Shown piece after piece: positions 11,660 through 22,189 of a stretch of DNA of 25,109 bases. Position numbers and translations under genes: made by a program. The stretch is from Octopus sinensis (lineage: Eukaryota). The notes below the pieces were generated by a model that was given only the letters and a program-made list of their open reading frames with translations, was not told the DNA's origin and did not search any database. Position 1 is the stretch's first letter. Every line of letters starts with the position of its first letter. The stretch spans positions 1 through 25,109 of the forward strand of contig NW_021836183.1 in the NCBI RefSeq assembly GCF_006345805.1, in the 5' to 3' direction.

Positions 11660-11800
11660 GTTTTTGTCTATCAAATTTACTCAAAAGGCATTGACCAGCC
11701 TGGGGTGTAGTAGAAGATTATTACTCAGGTAGAGCACAATAGGATTGAACCCAAAACCACGTATTTGTGAACTAAACTTCTTAACCACATATCCATGTTA
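11660..11800 (-). mobile_element. Old decayed SINE family B head fragment
   Basis: gtctatcaaatttactcaaaaggcattg...tagtagaaga...ggattgaacccaaaacca...cttcttaaccac, colinear with 14840-14982. Confidence 0.65.
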
Positions 11801-12478
11801 GTACCTCAAAAATAGATAAAAATCCTCTACAAAAAACAGGTTCCATTCCTTCTTCCAAATAAATGGTTAGTGATTGGTATGAAGGGCATCCATCTTTGAA
11901 AAACAATTGATCAATTGATCTGACGAGTAAATCATAGAACCAGTGCAATAACCATGGATAAAACAGAAAAAAACAAAGCAAAAAAATATACTTCAAATTG
12001 TAAAACAAAAAACAAAGCAAAAAAAACAAACAAACAAACTAAAACCTAATAACTTCTTCCTCCAAATTAATGGAACTGTTTCTGAGATGTTTCTATGAAA
12101 ATTCTATGACATATTGCTAGTTTTGTTTTAGGAAACAATGCTATGTCAGCAACATCTCTCTGAAAAAGGAAGGTCTCTCATTAATTTTTCATTATTTTTC
12201 CTCTCAGTTCCAGTATTTTGGCAAAATCTTTGAATATGCCGTTAAATTTTTATGTCATTGTTGGAGTTGCTGTTGTTATTTGTAAAGCTGTTGCTGTTGC
12301 TATTGGCAACTTGGTGCTTGAAAGGATTACACAACTGGCAAAACTGAATATTAAAATACTAATGAATAAAAAACAAAAAATAACAAAAAAAGAAAACTCA
12401 TCAAAAAACAAAATTAAATGGAAGCGAAAACAAAAAAAATATAAAAAATAAAAAGAATTTAGGCAGTTGGTGTTATTT

Positions 12479-12655
12479 CTTGATCTTAATGGTAATGAAT
12501 GTGATAATGTTTACTGTGATGATGATGATGATGATGATAACAATAATTATGATGCCAATAATAACAACAATAAAAACAATGGCAATAATAATGGCGATTG
12601 AAATGATGAGGATTACTGTTGAGATGATGATGATGATGATGATGATGATAATTGC

Positions 12656-12699
<44 letters not shown>

Positions 12700-12826
12700 T
12701 GACGATGATGAGAATGGCATTGATGATGAATATGCTTAAGGTGATTACAATAATGCTGATGATGATGATTAAAATTGATGAAAATAATGGTTACGGTGAC
12801 AATGAAAATATGAAATTTTAATGCCC
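12479..12826 (+). repeat. Direct repeat copy 1 (348 bp, GAT/AAT low complexity)
   Basis: Colinear with 18375-18710, including unique spacers (gatgccaataataac, gagaatggcattgatgatgaatatgcttaaggtgattac, gaaaatatgaaattttaatgccc). Confidence 0.95.
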
Positions 12827-13199
12827 GTTTCTTGTTTGTTGTCCTCTTATGTTTCATTCTTCTGTTGCATCTACTTCCTCCTCCCCCTCCTCCTCCTCTT
12901 CCTCCTTTTTCAGTGGAGATATACTTAATGGGTGCAGATTTCGATAATTTGCATATCACCGGTTGTTACACTTATTTACAACACATCAGTAATTGCTCAT
13001 TGATGTAGTTCTTGGTGGCGGTGGTGGTGTCAGTAGTGGTGGTGGTGGTGACGGTAGGTTATAAAAAGGTACTGAGACTCCCGAGATATCCCTAACCTCA
13101 AATTTGATCCCTTGGCATCGACTCGGTGATTATTTCCTTTTGAAATCTTCTGGTCATTTGGGACATCAACAAACAGGATCTGTGGAAGGAAGATAATAT

Positions 13200-14198
13200 G
13201 GAATTATGCAGTTGCTGTTATGGCAATCCCTCAGGGTTTTAACTCACTCTGATTGCTCTGATAAGAAAAGAACTCCTGAATTTGTTGGTGAGATTCAGGC
13301 CATGATTGACAATGATCCCTTCAAGTCAATCAGATCCATCACCAGGAACATAGGAATGTCTGAGTTTCTTTTCAGGCAGGTAGTGTATGAAGACATTTGG
13401 TATTCCTCATACAAGATGAGAAAGGGCCAATTTTTATCCCAAGTCATCAAGGACAAGAAGAACTACCATACTACGAAGTTTTTGAACAAACTCAAGCATC
13501 CCTTCCAACTGAACATACTTTTTTTCTCTCAAACGAGAAAAATTTCTGCCAGGGTCAGATGGTGAACACACAGACCAGCCATTGGCGTACCGTATTCCCA
13601 AAACATACCGAGAGTGATAAAAATCAAACATCCAGTTAACATCACTAGTTATGTCTCCATTCATCTTCCCGCATGACCTCAAACTCAACACTGTATGCCA
13701 AGTTCCTGGAGGAGCAAGTGCTACCCTGGGTCAAGAGAGTGGCTGCTGGAAGATCCTATGTCTGGCAACAAGACTCTGCACCATGCAACACAAACAGGAG
13801 AACTCAGTCGTGGCTCTCAAACAATTTCTGCGACCACATCATCCCAAACATCTGGCCACCCAACTCCCTAGAATGCAACCCCTTTGATTATTATGTGTGG
13901 GGCACAGTCAAGTGAGAGACCAACAAGACTCCTTGTAACACCAAAGATGAACTGAAGGCAAGGATTATTGCAGCATTCATCAACTTAAACAAGGAGACCA
14001 TCCAGAAGAGTTTGCAGGAGATTCCAAAGTGGTCTGGAGGCCATGGTTGAAGTCAATGGCGATTTTATTGAATAAATTTACTCTTTAGTATTCAAAGATA
14101 TTTTTATGTAATTTTGGTAAATATATCTGTTAAAATGAGATGTCAGTGTTATTTTCATTTTTGCATAATTTAGACAATAATTTATTCACTGCACCCTA
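13200..14198 (+). mobile_element. Decayed mariner-like maT (DD37D) transposon, left end missing
   Basis: RTPEFVGEIQAMIDNDPFKSIRSI..YKMRKGQFLS; FFLSNEKNF (first D degenerate); YVWQQDSAP-...-WPPNSLECNPFDYYVWG, with 37 residues counted between the second and third D. It ends ...ttattcactgcacccta-TA, a probable right TIR. Confidence 0.9.
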
Positions 14199-14602
14199 TA
14201 TGTATGTGTGTGTGTGTGTGTGTATTATCAATTTTGTGCCTACTTTTCCATGATTGTATGACTGAAATGGAACTGTTGAACCAGATTTTTCCACCCAGAT
14301 GCTCCTCCTGGTACCAATCTTTACCCATTTACAAGCAAGGTAATATTTCCTCGTGGCTGGACAGGTTTTCACAAAATATTGGAAGTGATTGCCACCCCTT
14401 GTATAATGGTAACACTTATTTACAACTGTCACATGATATGAAGACAAAAATACATAAACCCACATGGACACACCCATGCACATGTAGAGTGCAATGAGTT
14501 GGGTAAACTTGTCACTAGAGTCTGTTTTTTTGGAGTTTTTCTACTCACTATTTTTCTTTATACACATATCAAAGTACGAAAATGTTTATATATATATATA
14601 AA

Positions 14603-15360
<758 letters not shown>

Positions 15361-15504
15361 AATCCCTTTCATTTAGTATCATCTCCTTGATCTTATTTTT
15401 TTCTGTTTATTTTTTTTTTCTTATATCCAGTTTATTTCTCTGCTGCTTTCCGTTTTCTTTGTGCAACCACTAATCTGTCCGGATGACAATGAAAATGGTG
15501 CCAG

Positions 15505-15833
15505 AGGTGTGTGTACGTGTGTGTGTGTGTGTGTCTGTTATGTATGCATAGATATACACACACACACACACGCTTATAAGTATATACTCATATCTATATA
15601 ATGGAATTTTCTATACATATATATATATATGAAGCTCTATGTATGAATGTATATATGTATATGTTACATATGTATGTACATGTGTACTCATATCTATACA
15701 TACACAAATATGTGTGTGTTTGTGTATATGTAATGTATGTAAATACATATGTATATATACATATATATTTGTGCATATGATATATTATGTATATACATTT
15801 ATATATACATATATTATGTATATACATTTATAT

Positions 15834-15904
<71 letters not shown>

Positions 15905-15935
15905 TTACATACACACACACACACATATATGCATA
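15505..15935. repeat. (TG)n/(TA)n microsatellite block
   Basis: Direct. Confidence 0.9.
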
Positions 15936-16027
15936 TACGAAAAGCAAGAGAGTAAAAGTAGGAGCTAACAGCACTTACTCTTAAAGTTGACTCAAACTCC
16001 CTAGAAATTCCTGTATTTGGGTTTTCT

Positions 16028-16067
<40 letters not shown>

Positions 16068-16659
16068 CTCTGAAGCTGTGCTAAACTAACTCCCACCCCC
16101 TCCTGTCTCAGTGAAGCTTCAAGTTTATTTTTATCCGTAAATTTTTCCCATCCAGTTTGATTTTCTTTTTACCTTTCTTTTCAACTTGTTTTTTTCTTGT
16201 TTTTTTTTCCCCTTACTTTTGTTTTATTGTTTGCTATTACCTTTTTGTGTTCATTTTTAGTCCTTATTTTTGATTATTTCTTATTTGTATTTTGTTTAAA
16301 TGTATTTTTGCTTTGATTTATCATTATCTTTGTTATTATTATTATTATTATTGTAGAAGATTTTGGATTGTTTTCATGCTAGGTCTAAACATATCAAAGG
16401 TTTTTTTCCTATAGTCATAGAGTCAAATTAGCGATGGAGTGGGTAGATGGGAGTGTACGCAAGATGGGGGAGGGATGTGGGTAGGTAAAAAAAAAACCTA
16501 ACAAAATTGATAAAAAAACTATCCAACAAGAAGCGAATGAAATGTAACAAAAATGAAAGGAAAGGAAGGAAGGAAGGAAGGAAGGAAATATAATTAACTA
16601 ACGAGGAATTCTTTCTCTTAACTTCTTATGATCTCTACCATCTATCCCCGTCAACATCA

Positions 16660-17150
16660 GTACCACCACTACCTCCACCACCACTACCACCACTACCACC
16701 ACCATCACTACCACCACCATCACTACCACCACCACCACTACCACCACATCACTACCACCACCACCACTACCACCACCACCACTACCACCACCACCACTAC
16801 CACCACTACCACCACTAACACTACCACCGCCACCATCACCACCACCACCACCACTACCACCACCATCACTACCTCCACCACCACTACCACCACCACCACT
16901 ACCACCACCATCACTACCACCACCATCACTACCACCACTACCACTACCTCCACCACTGCTACCACCACCATCACTACCATCACCATCATCACCAACACAG
17001 TCACAATACTGATTGTACCGATGATCATGATGATGATGGTGATGGTGGTGGTGGTGGTTATAGTGCTATTGTCGCAGTTGCTGATGATGATTGTGATGCT
17101 GAAGAGGACTAACACTACCACCACCACCACCACCACCCAGATGAGTGCAG
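16660..17150. repeat. (ACC/ACT/ATC)n trinucleotide array switching to (GGT/GAT)n
   Basis: Direct; gives the poly-His/poly-Thr 180-aa ORF and the poly-Val antisense ORF. Confidence 0.93.
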
Positions 17151-17954
17151 AGATGAAGGTGTCGATGTAGGTAACAATGTAGTTGATGACAATGATGATG
17201 ATTATGATCTCAAACACAATTACTATTTCTAACATGATACAAAGATGTTGATAACAATGATGATAATCATTATCATTAGTATTATTGACTCGTTATGGCA
17301 TTGGACAAAACTCTTATCAGTATTCTTCCAACTTTTTTTTCTATTCTGAGTTCAAATCCTACCATGGTTGCTTTTCACCCTAGTTGAACCTTATGGCTGA
17401 TATAATCAATTAGCCCCTTTCCTCAAACTTTCAGGTTCAATGCCTTTGGTACAAAGAACTATTATTATTGTTGTTGTTGTTATAATGTAATTATTATTAT
17501 TACTACTGTCAACAAGTCAGAGACATCAAATATTGGCTAAGTGAAAAGAAAAGCCTGTACATGGTTGTTTAGCCTGCTAGAAATAGCTGCTAAAATCCTT
17601 TCAAATCTTATTTTATTGTCTTAAGAGAAGGACAAGAATAATGTGGTGGTTCTAAGTTCCTTGGACATTGGAAAAAGATAGAATGAACCTGACCGGGATG
17701 CCTTTGACCATAGCTCTTCTTGATCAGGGTTGACCTGTGGTTAAACTCCAACAATAGTGACATCAGCTGTTGTTGGCAAAGGCTTCAATATCCCTACAAA
17801 AGCTGGCAAAGGCTTCAATATCCCAACAGCCCAAAGCACACCAACCTTCACCACCAGGACCATCTCAAATACATAATGATCATCACAGCCAGAAATACAC
17901 TAAATTACACCAAATATATACCACAACATGCAAGATTATAACAGCTACAATTAC

Positions 17955-18155
17955 ACATGAGCTGCATGGTGACCTCAGTAGTGTTGATGGCATGAAAAAG
18001 CCCCCCCAGCACACACCGTGGTTATTTTTTAGGAAAGGCATCTGGCTGTAGAAACCTTACCAAAGCAGACACAGGTGCATAGTGCACTCCTTGGACTTGC
18101 TGGATCCTGTCAAACCATCTAGCTCATGCCAGCATGGAATATGGATGTTAAATGC
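17955..18155 (+). mobile_element. Decayed SINE 3' part, family C
   Basis: aggaaaggcatctggctgtagaaaccttaccaaagcagacac...ctgtcaaaccatctagctcatgccagcatggaatatggatgttaaatg; homologous to 9515-9672. Confidence 0.7.
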
Positions 18156-18374
18156 TAGGAAAATTCCACTGTTTTAAATAAATTATCTCAAGCTATTCAT
18201 TCGTGTAAATTTAAATTCAAATAAATTTAAATTCGAACCCATATAATATTTTCTATACTACAACAATTTATTGCCACTTGGTTATTATTTGAAAAATTTT
18301 AAAAACTCCCACCTGCTCTCTTAAAAATGTTCATAACTCGTATGACTCTTATATAAAACATAAATTAATTAATA

Positions 18375-18554
18375 CTTGATCTTAATGATAATGAATGTGA
18401 TAATGATTACTGTGATGATGATGATGATGGTGATAACAATAATTATGATGCCAATAATAACAATAAAAACAATAGCAATAATATTGGTGATTGAAATGAT
18501 GAGGATGATGGTTGAGATGATGATGATGATGATGATGATAATTGCAATAATATA

Positions 18555-18586
<32 letters not shown>

Positions 18587-18710
18587 CGATGATGAGAATG
18601 GCATTGATGATGAATATGCTTAAGGTGATTACAATAATGCTGCTGATGATGATTAAAATTGATGAAAATAATGGTTATGGTGACAATGAAAATATGAAAT
18701 TTTAATGCCC
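18375..18710 (+). repeat. Direct repeat copy 2 (336 bp)
   Basis: See 12479-12826. Confidence 0.95.
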
Positions 18711-18750
18711 ATTAAACCATTGAATACATTTCTGGGGCAAACACTATTCT

Positions 18751-18840
18751 TTTTCCCTGATGATGGGGGCATTCCTTGGAAGTGCATCATAAGATTCACA
18801 TGTATTCTTTCAATGAATTGTAGAAACGATCGTCAGAATA
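18751..18840 (+). ncRNA. Decayed type-I hammerhead ribozyme motif (PLE type)
   Basis: CTGATGA (18757-18763) ... GAAAC-GATC-GTC^AGAATA (18823-18840): palindromic ACGATCGT helix III and a GUC triplet. Stem I is imperfect (ttttcc/agaata 4 of 6, with a perfect tattct 6 nt further upstream) and the stem II closing pair is degenerate. Confidence 0.65.
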
Positions 18841-19128
18841 CATCATTTCCTTTTAAATATGGTACCAAAATCTCTTTTTAACATCTCTTACTCCCTCCAT
18901 TCCATAATTTATTTTGAATTTTTAAAAGCAATGTCCTTCTATATTTCCTTATTCTTATCTATATTTTTATCTATATTATATTTATATATATCTATATATT
19001 TATTTGTCCTTGCATATTTTTAACATTCATATATATATATATATATATATTAATAAATAAAATAAAACATATGCATATATATAAACATATATGTACGTAC
19101 CTACCTCTACATGTACATATACAAGCAT

Positions 19129-19550
19129 ATATGAGTACAGGACACCAAAAAGACGTCGAACACAATGAGAAACAAAAACATAGACACAAACCAAAGGAAC
19201 TGGACATTTTTTAAACAACAAAAAAATAGAGTACAGGACAATTAACACAAAGAAAAAACCCCTTCTTCAGTCGCTATGGTTTCATCTACTCTACGTTTCG
19301 AAGGTGAAAGCGAGATGTATCTTCGACAAGAAACTTTCCTTCCTGCGAAAAGCAAATCAATTAAAATTCTGAGATCTTTTCGCAGAGGGGTAAAAAATCG
19401 TAACAAAAACAGGACAGTAACGACAGTACAAATTATAAACAGTAAAAGACAGGACAAGGAAAAACAAGATAAGAAGGGCTGTTAACGCCGAACGAAAAAA
19501 AGTATTGCGAACGCGGATTTTTTATGAACGACGAGCGGAGCAAAAAGAAT
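19129..19550 (-). mobile_element. Interspersed repeat fragment of uncertain class, flanked by (TA)n
   Basis: Complex, CpG-richer island next to TA-rich DNA, with an internal 10-bp hairpin (19343-19352/19376-19385). Recalled as a recurrent cephalopod repeat but not verified. Confidence 0.4.
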
Positions 19551-19555
19551 TATAC

Positions 19556-19740
19556 GCTATGATAGATCGTTAGCCACTACACACATTTTTTTCTCTCCTT
19601 GTTTTTTCTGTGTCCCTTTCTGTAGAAGAGCGTAGGCTCGAAACGTAAAAGACTTTTTCTATTCCTGAGTGTTATACTAATACATCTGTTTGTTTTGTAC
19701 ACCACCTGTCTTCGTCTTTTTTTCGTAAACTCTCCCTATA
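19556..19740 (+). mobile_element. PLE pseudo-LTR-like fragment
   Basis: Contains a minimal HHR followed by a pyrimidine-rich tail ending in ...ctccctata. Confidence 0.55.
19616..19651 (+). ncRNA. Minimal type-I hammerhead motif with a variant core (CUGUAGA-A)
   Basis: CTTT-CTGTAGAA-GAGC-GTAG-GCTC-GAAAC-GT-A^AAAG: stem I cttt/aaag, stem II GAGC/GCTC, palindromic ACGT helix III, GUA triplet. A6 is replaced by U and there is an extra nucleotide after A9. Confidence 0.65.
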
Positions 19741-20004
19741 TTTTTTTATATTTCTATGTATTAATATACGTTTCAGACAATTCTATCATATTAAATCCGT
19801 ATATGTACACACCAATCATAGTCTGCCTGAATTGAACTTCTTCTCTATATCTCTTTTACTTGTCTAGCATCTTGGGTTTGACTTGAGCATTTCCATGCTT
19901 TTTATGCTTTTCTATAGAAAATTAAAATTTATAATTATATTCATATATATATATATATATATGATTGTGTGAGTATTTATATATCAACTTTCTGTGCAGT
20001 TTTT

Positions 20005-20009
20005 TGCTC

Positions 20010-20055
<46 letters not shown>

Positions 20056-20118
20056 GATAGATAGATATATATATATATAATATATAATATATATATATAT
20101 AGATATAGATAGATAGAT

Positions 20119-20156
<38 letters not shown>

Positions 20157-20170
20157 TATATATATAATAT
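20005..20170. repeat. (CT)n/(TA)n/(TAGA)n microsatellite
   Basis: Direct. Confidence 0.93.
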
Positions 20171-20202
20171 ACGTGAGAAAGAAGCAACAAGAATGGATAG
20201 GT

Positions 20203-20293
20203 TTTTAGTACAATCGTTTCATACAAGGACAGGCTTTATTAAAAGTTGCAAAAATTACAGCATATAAACGTGTCCCGTACTCATCAGCTAAAA
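20203..20293 (-). ncRNA. Type-I hammerhead ribozyme (intact core)
   Basis: Exact reverse complement of 20638-20728. Confidence 0.85.
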
Positions 20294-20637
20294 TACATGT
20301 GAGTTCTCTAGACATCCTAGTGGTTGAGGCTATACTCATGAAGTAATGTAGATAATTAAGTAACATAAACAGATTTCCAAAGTTCATTAAAGTTCTTTAA
20401 AGATGATGTACAGTCTTATCACAGAATTTTAAAAAAGTTTCAATAGCATCACAGAGAAGGTGACCTAATCCATAGTGCACATATGAATTTCCAGAGATAT
20501 GATGAGGGATTACATACTCACAGAAGACAAATTTATCAATTGTTAATCACAACGAGGTGGGTCTCAATTCCTGCTTATTAGCCATTACTTCATGAGTATA
20601 GCCTCAACCACTAGGATGTCTAGAGAACTCACATGTA

Positions 20638-20728
20638 TTTTAGCTGATGAGTACGGGACACGTTTATATGCTGTAATTTTTGCAACTTTTAATAAAGCCT
20701 GTCCTTGTATGAAACGATTGTACTAAAA
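20638..20728 (+). ncRNA. Type-I hammerhead ribozyme (intact core, extended stem II)
   Basis: TTTTAG(stem I)-CTGATGA(20644-20650)-GTACGGGACA(20651-20660)...TGTCCTTGTAT(20700-20710)-GAAAC-GATT-GTA^(20722)-CTAAAA(stem I'). All core nucleotides are canonical; helix III is 2 bp plus a tetraloop. Confidence 0.85.
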
Positions 20729-20878
20729 ACCTATCCATTCTTGTTGCTTCTTTCTCGCTTATAATCACCCCACATTACTGTATTGTTAAAACAGTATAGT
20801 TTTTTTTGGTGCATCTAAGTTAGGTACCATATTCAAGTAAATTCATTTAATTAACTTGAATCTTTATAGCTTTTTGTA

Positions 20879-20916
20879 TATATATATAGATATAGATAGA
20901 TAGATAGATAGGTAGA

Positions 20917-20951
<35 letters not shown>

Positions 20952-21031
20952 GATAGGTAGATATATATATATATATATATATATAGATAGATATATATAT
21001 ATATAGATAGATAGGTAGATATATATATATG

Positions 21032-21074
<43 letters not shown>

Positions 21075-21170
21075 TAGATAGATAGATAGGTAGATATATA
21101 TATATGTATATATATTTATGTACTCCACCACCCATGCACTTCAATACACACACACACACACACACGCACA
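20879..21170. repeat. Composite (TA)n/(TAGA)n/(CA)n satellite with a higher-order unit
   Basis: The unit tagatagataggtagatatatatat recurs several times. Confidence 0.9.
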
Positions 21171-21799
21171 CAATCGTATAGTGCACAATATAAAACAGTG
21201 TTTAAACTTAAACCATTTTATAACACAGATGGGATTTCCTTAGAAAACCACATATAACAGCACAAACTATATAATATATAATAACATACATAAAACAAAC
21301 TATATAATATATAAGTTAAAACAAATGAAAGGACACGCCCACCAACATACTCCCTAAACCACAATAACAATTATAAGGGTCTAAAGTTTTTTGATTTTTT
21401 GTTTGTTGCTAATTTCTTTTATTTATTTATGTTTTTATAAGATTGATTATTGCCTTTGTTTTCTTTGTGTTTTTTTTAATATTTATTTTTCTCTTTGTTT
21501 TCCCCTTTGGATACTTTTCTGACAATTTCAAAAGTTATTTCTTAATGATGATGTTGTTGTTGTTGTTGTTGTTAATATGTCTTTTATTTTGGAATAACAG
21601 AGGGGTGGGTGGAGTTGGTAAGTGTTGTAGTTGTGGTGGTGGTGGTGGTGATGGTGGGAGATGAGTCAACGAAGGTGTGTTGGTGTTGGTGTTGGGGAAC
21701 GGAGAAATTCTTTTATTTTTCGTTTTTAGAATAACAGAAAAGTGGTTAGTGAAGTGAGTAGTGGTGGGAGGTAGTGGTGGTGAAGAGAACGATGGTTTG

Positions 21800-21920
21800 A
21801 GTGGACAAAGATGTGTGTGTATATATGTGTGTGTGTTTGTATGTGTGTGTGTTTGTGTGTGTGTGTTTGTGTGTGTGTGTTTTTGTGTGTGGGTTTGTGT
21901 GTGTGTGTGAGTGTGTGTAT
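21800..21920. repeat. (GT)n microsatellite
   Basis: Direct. Confidence 0.93.
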
Positions 21921-22189
21921 CAAAAAGAGTGGGAGAAACAATATTTTGGTAGTTTCATTTCCAAAAACATCATTGACAAAGTCTACGACAACAACCTCTA
22001 CAACAACAACATCAACAACAACAACAATAACAATACCAAAGACTCAAACACGAATTAGAATATCAACATCAATTCTAACACATTATTTCTAAAATTTGTA
22101 AAATATGACAAGGTTGTGTGCCGTGAGAAATATAGAAAAGTTGTGTGGTTCTAGAAGTACGGGAATGCTGTATGGCTATGGTTCCAAAA

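Larger units (their letters stand above)
20175..20878 (+). mobile_element. PLE-like insertion: inverted partial pLTR + spacer + pLTR, inside a (TA)n/(TAGA)n satellite
   Basis: 174-bp arms 20175-20348 and 20583-20756 are exact reverse complements on base-by-base reading, with a 234-bp spacer. The plus copy runs on through a T-rich tail to (TA)n at ~20878. Confidence 0.7.

Noticed and set aside
11919-11945. CTGACGA as an HHR core
   Set aside because: There is no downstream stem II or GAAA.
12480-12821. Met-rich 113-aa ORF as a reflectin-like or structural protein
   Set aside because: It arises from (ATG/ATA)n low complexity, lacks reflectin Tyr/Arg/Pro motifs, and the duplicate copy is not maintained as a coding frame.
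12929-12940. gggtgcag as the left TIR of the maT element
   Set aside because: Only an 8-bp match to the reverse complement of the right end, with no TA flank or extension.
16628-17170. Mucin-like or His-rich protein
   Set aside because: A pure trinucleotide array without flanking coding or splice context.
19260-19400. Minus-strand GAAACGTA plus a nearby CTGAAGAAG / CTGCGAAAAG as a further or permuted hammerhead
   Set aside because: No register gives a CUGANGA box correctly placed with paired stems I and II; only a 10-bp hairpin is supported.
19755-19850. Minus-strand GAAACGTA near 19770 as an HHR
   Set aside because: There is no upstream CUGANGA box or stem I.
20209-20298. 90-nt 'exon' (YNRFIQGQALLKVAKITAYKRVPYSSAKIH, AG...GTGAGT) and the antisense ADEYGTRLY...* frame in the inverted arms
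   Set aside because: The sequence is explained by the hammerhead structure and is duplicated on both strands, and the acceptor tract is poor.
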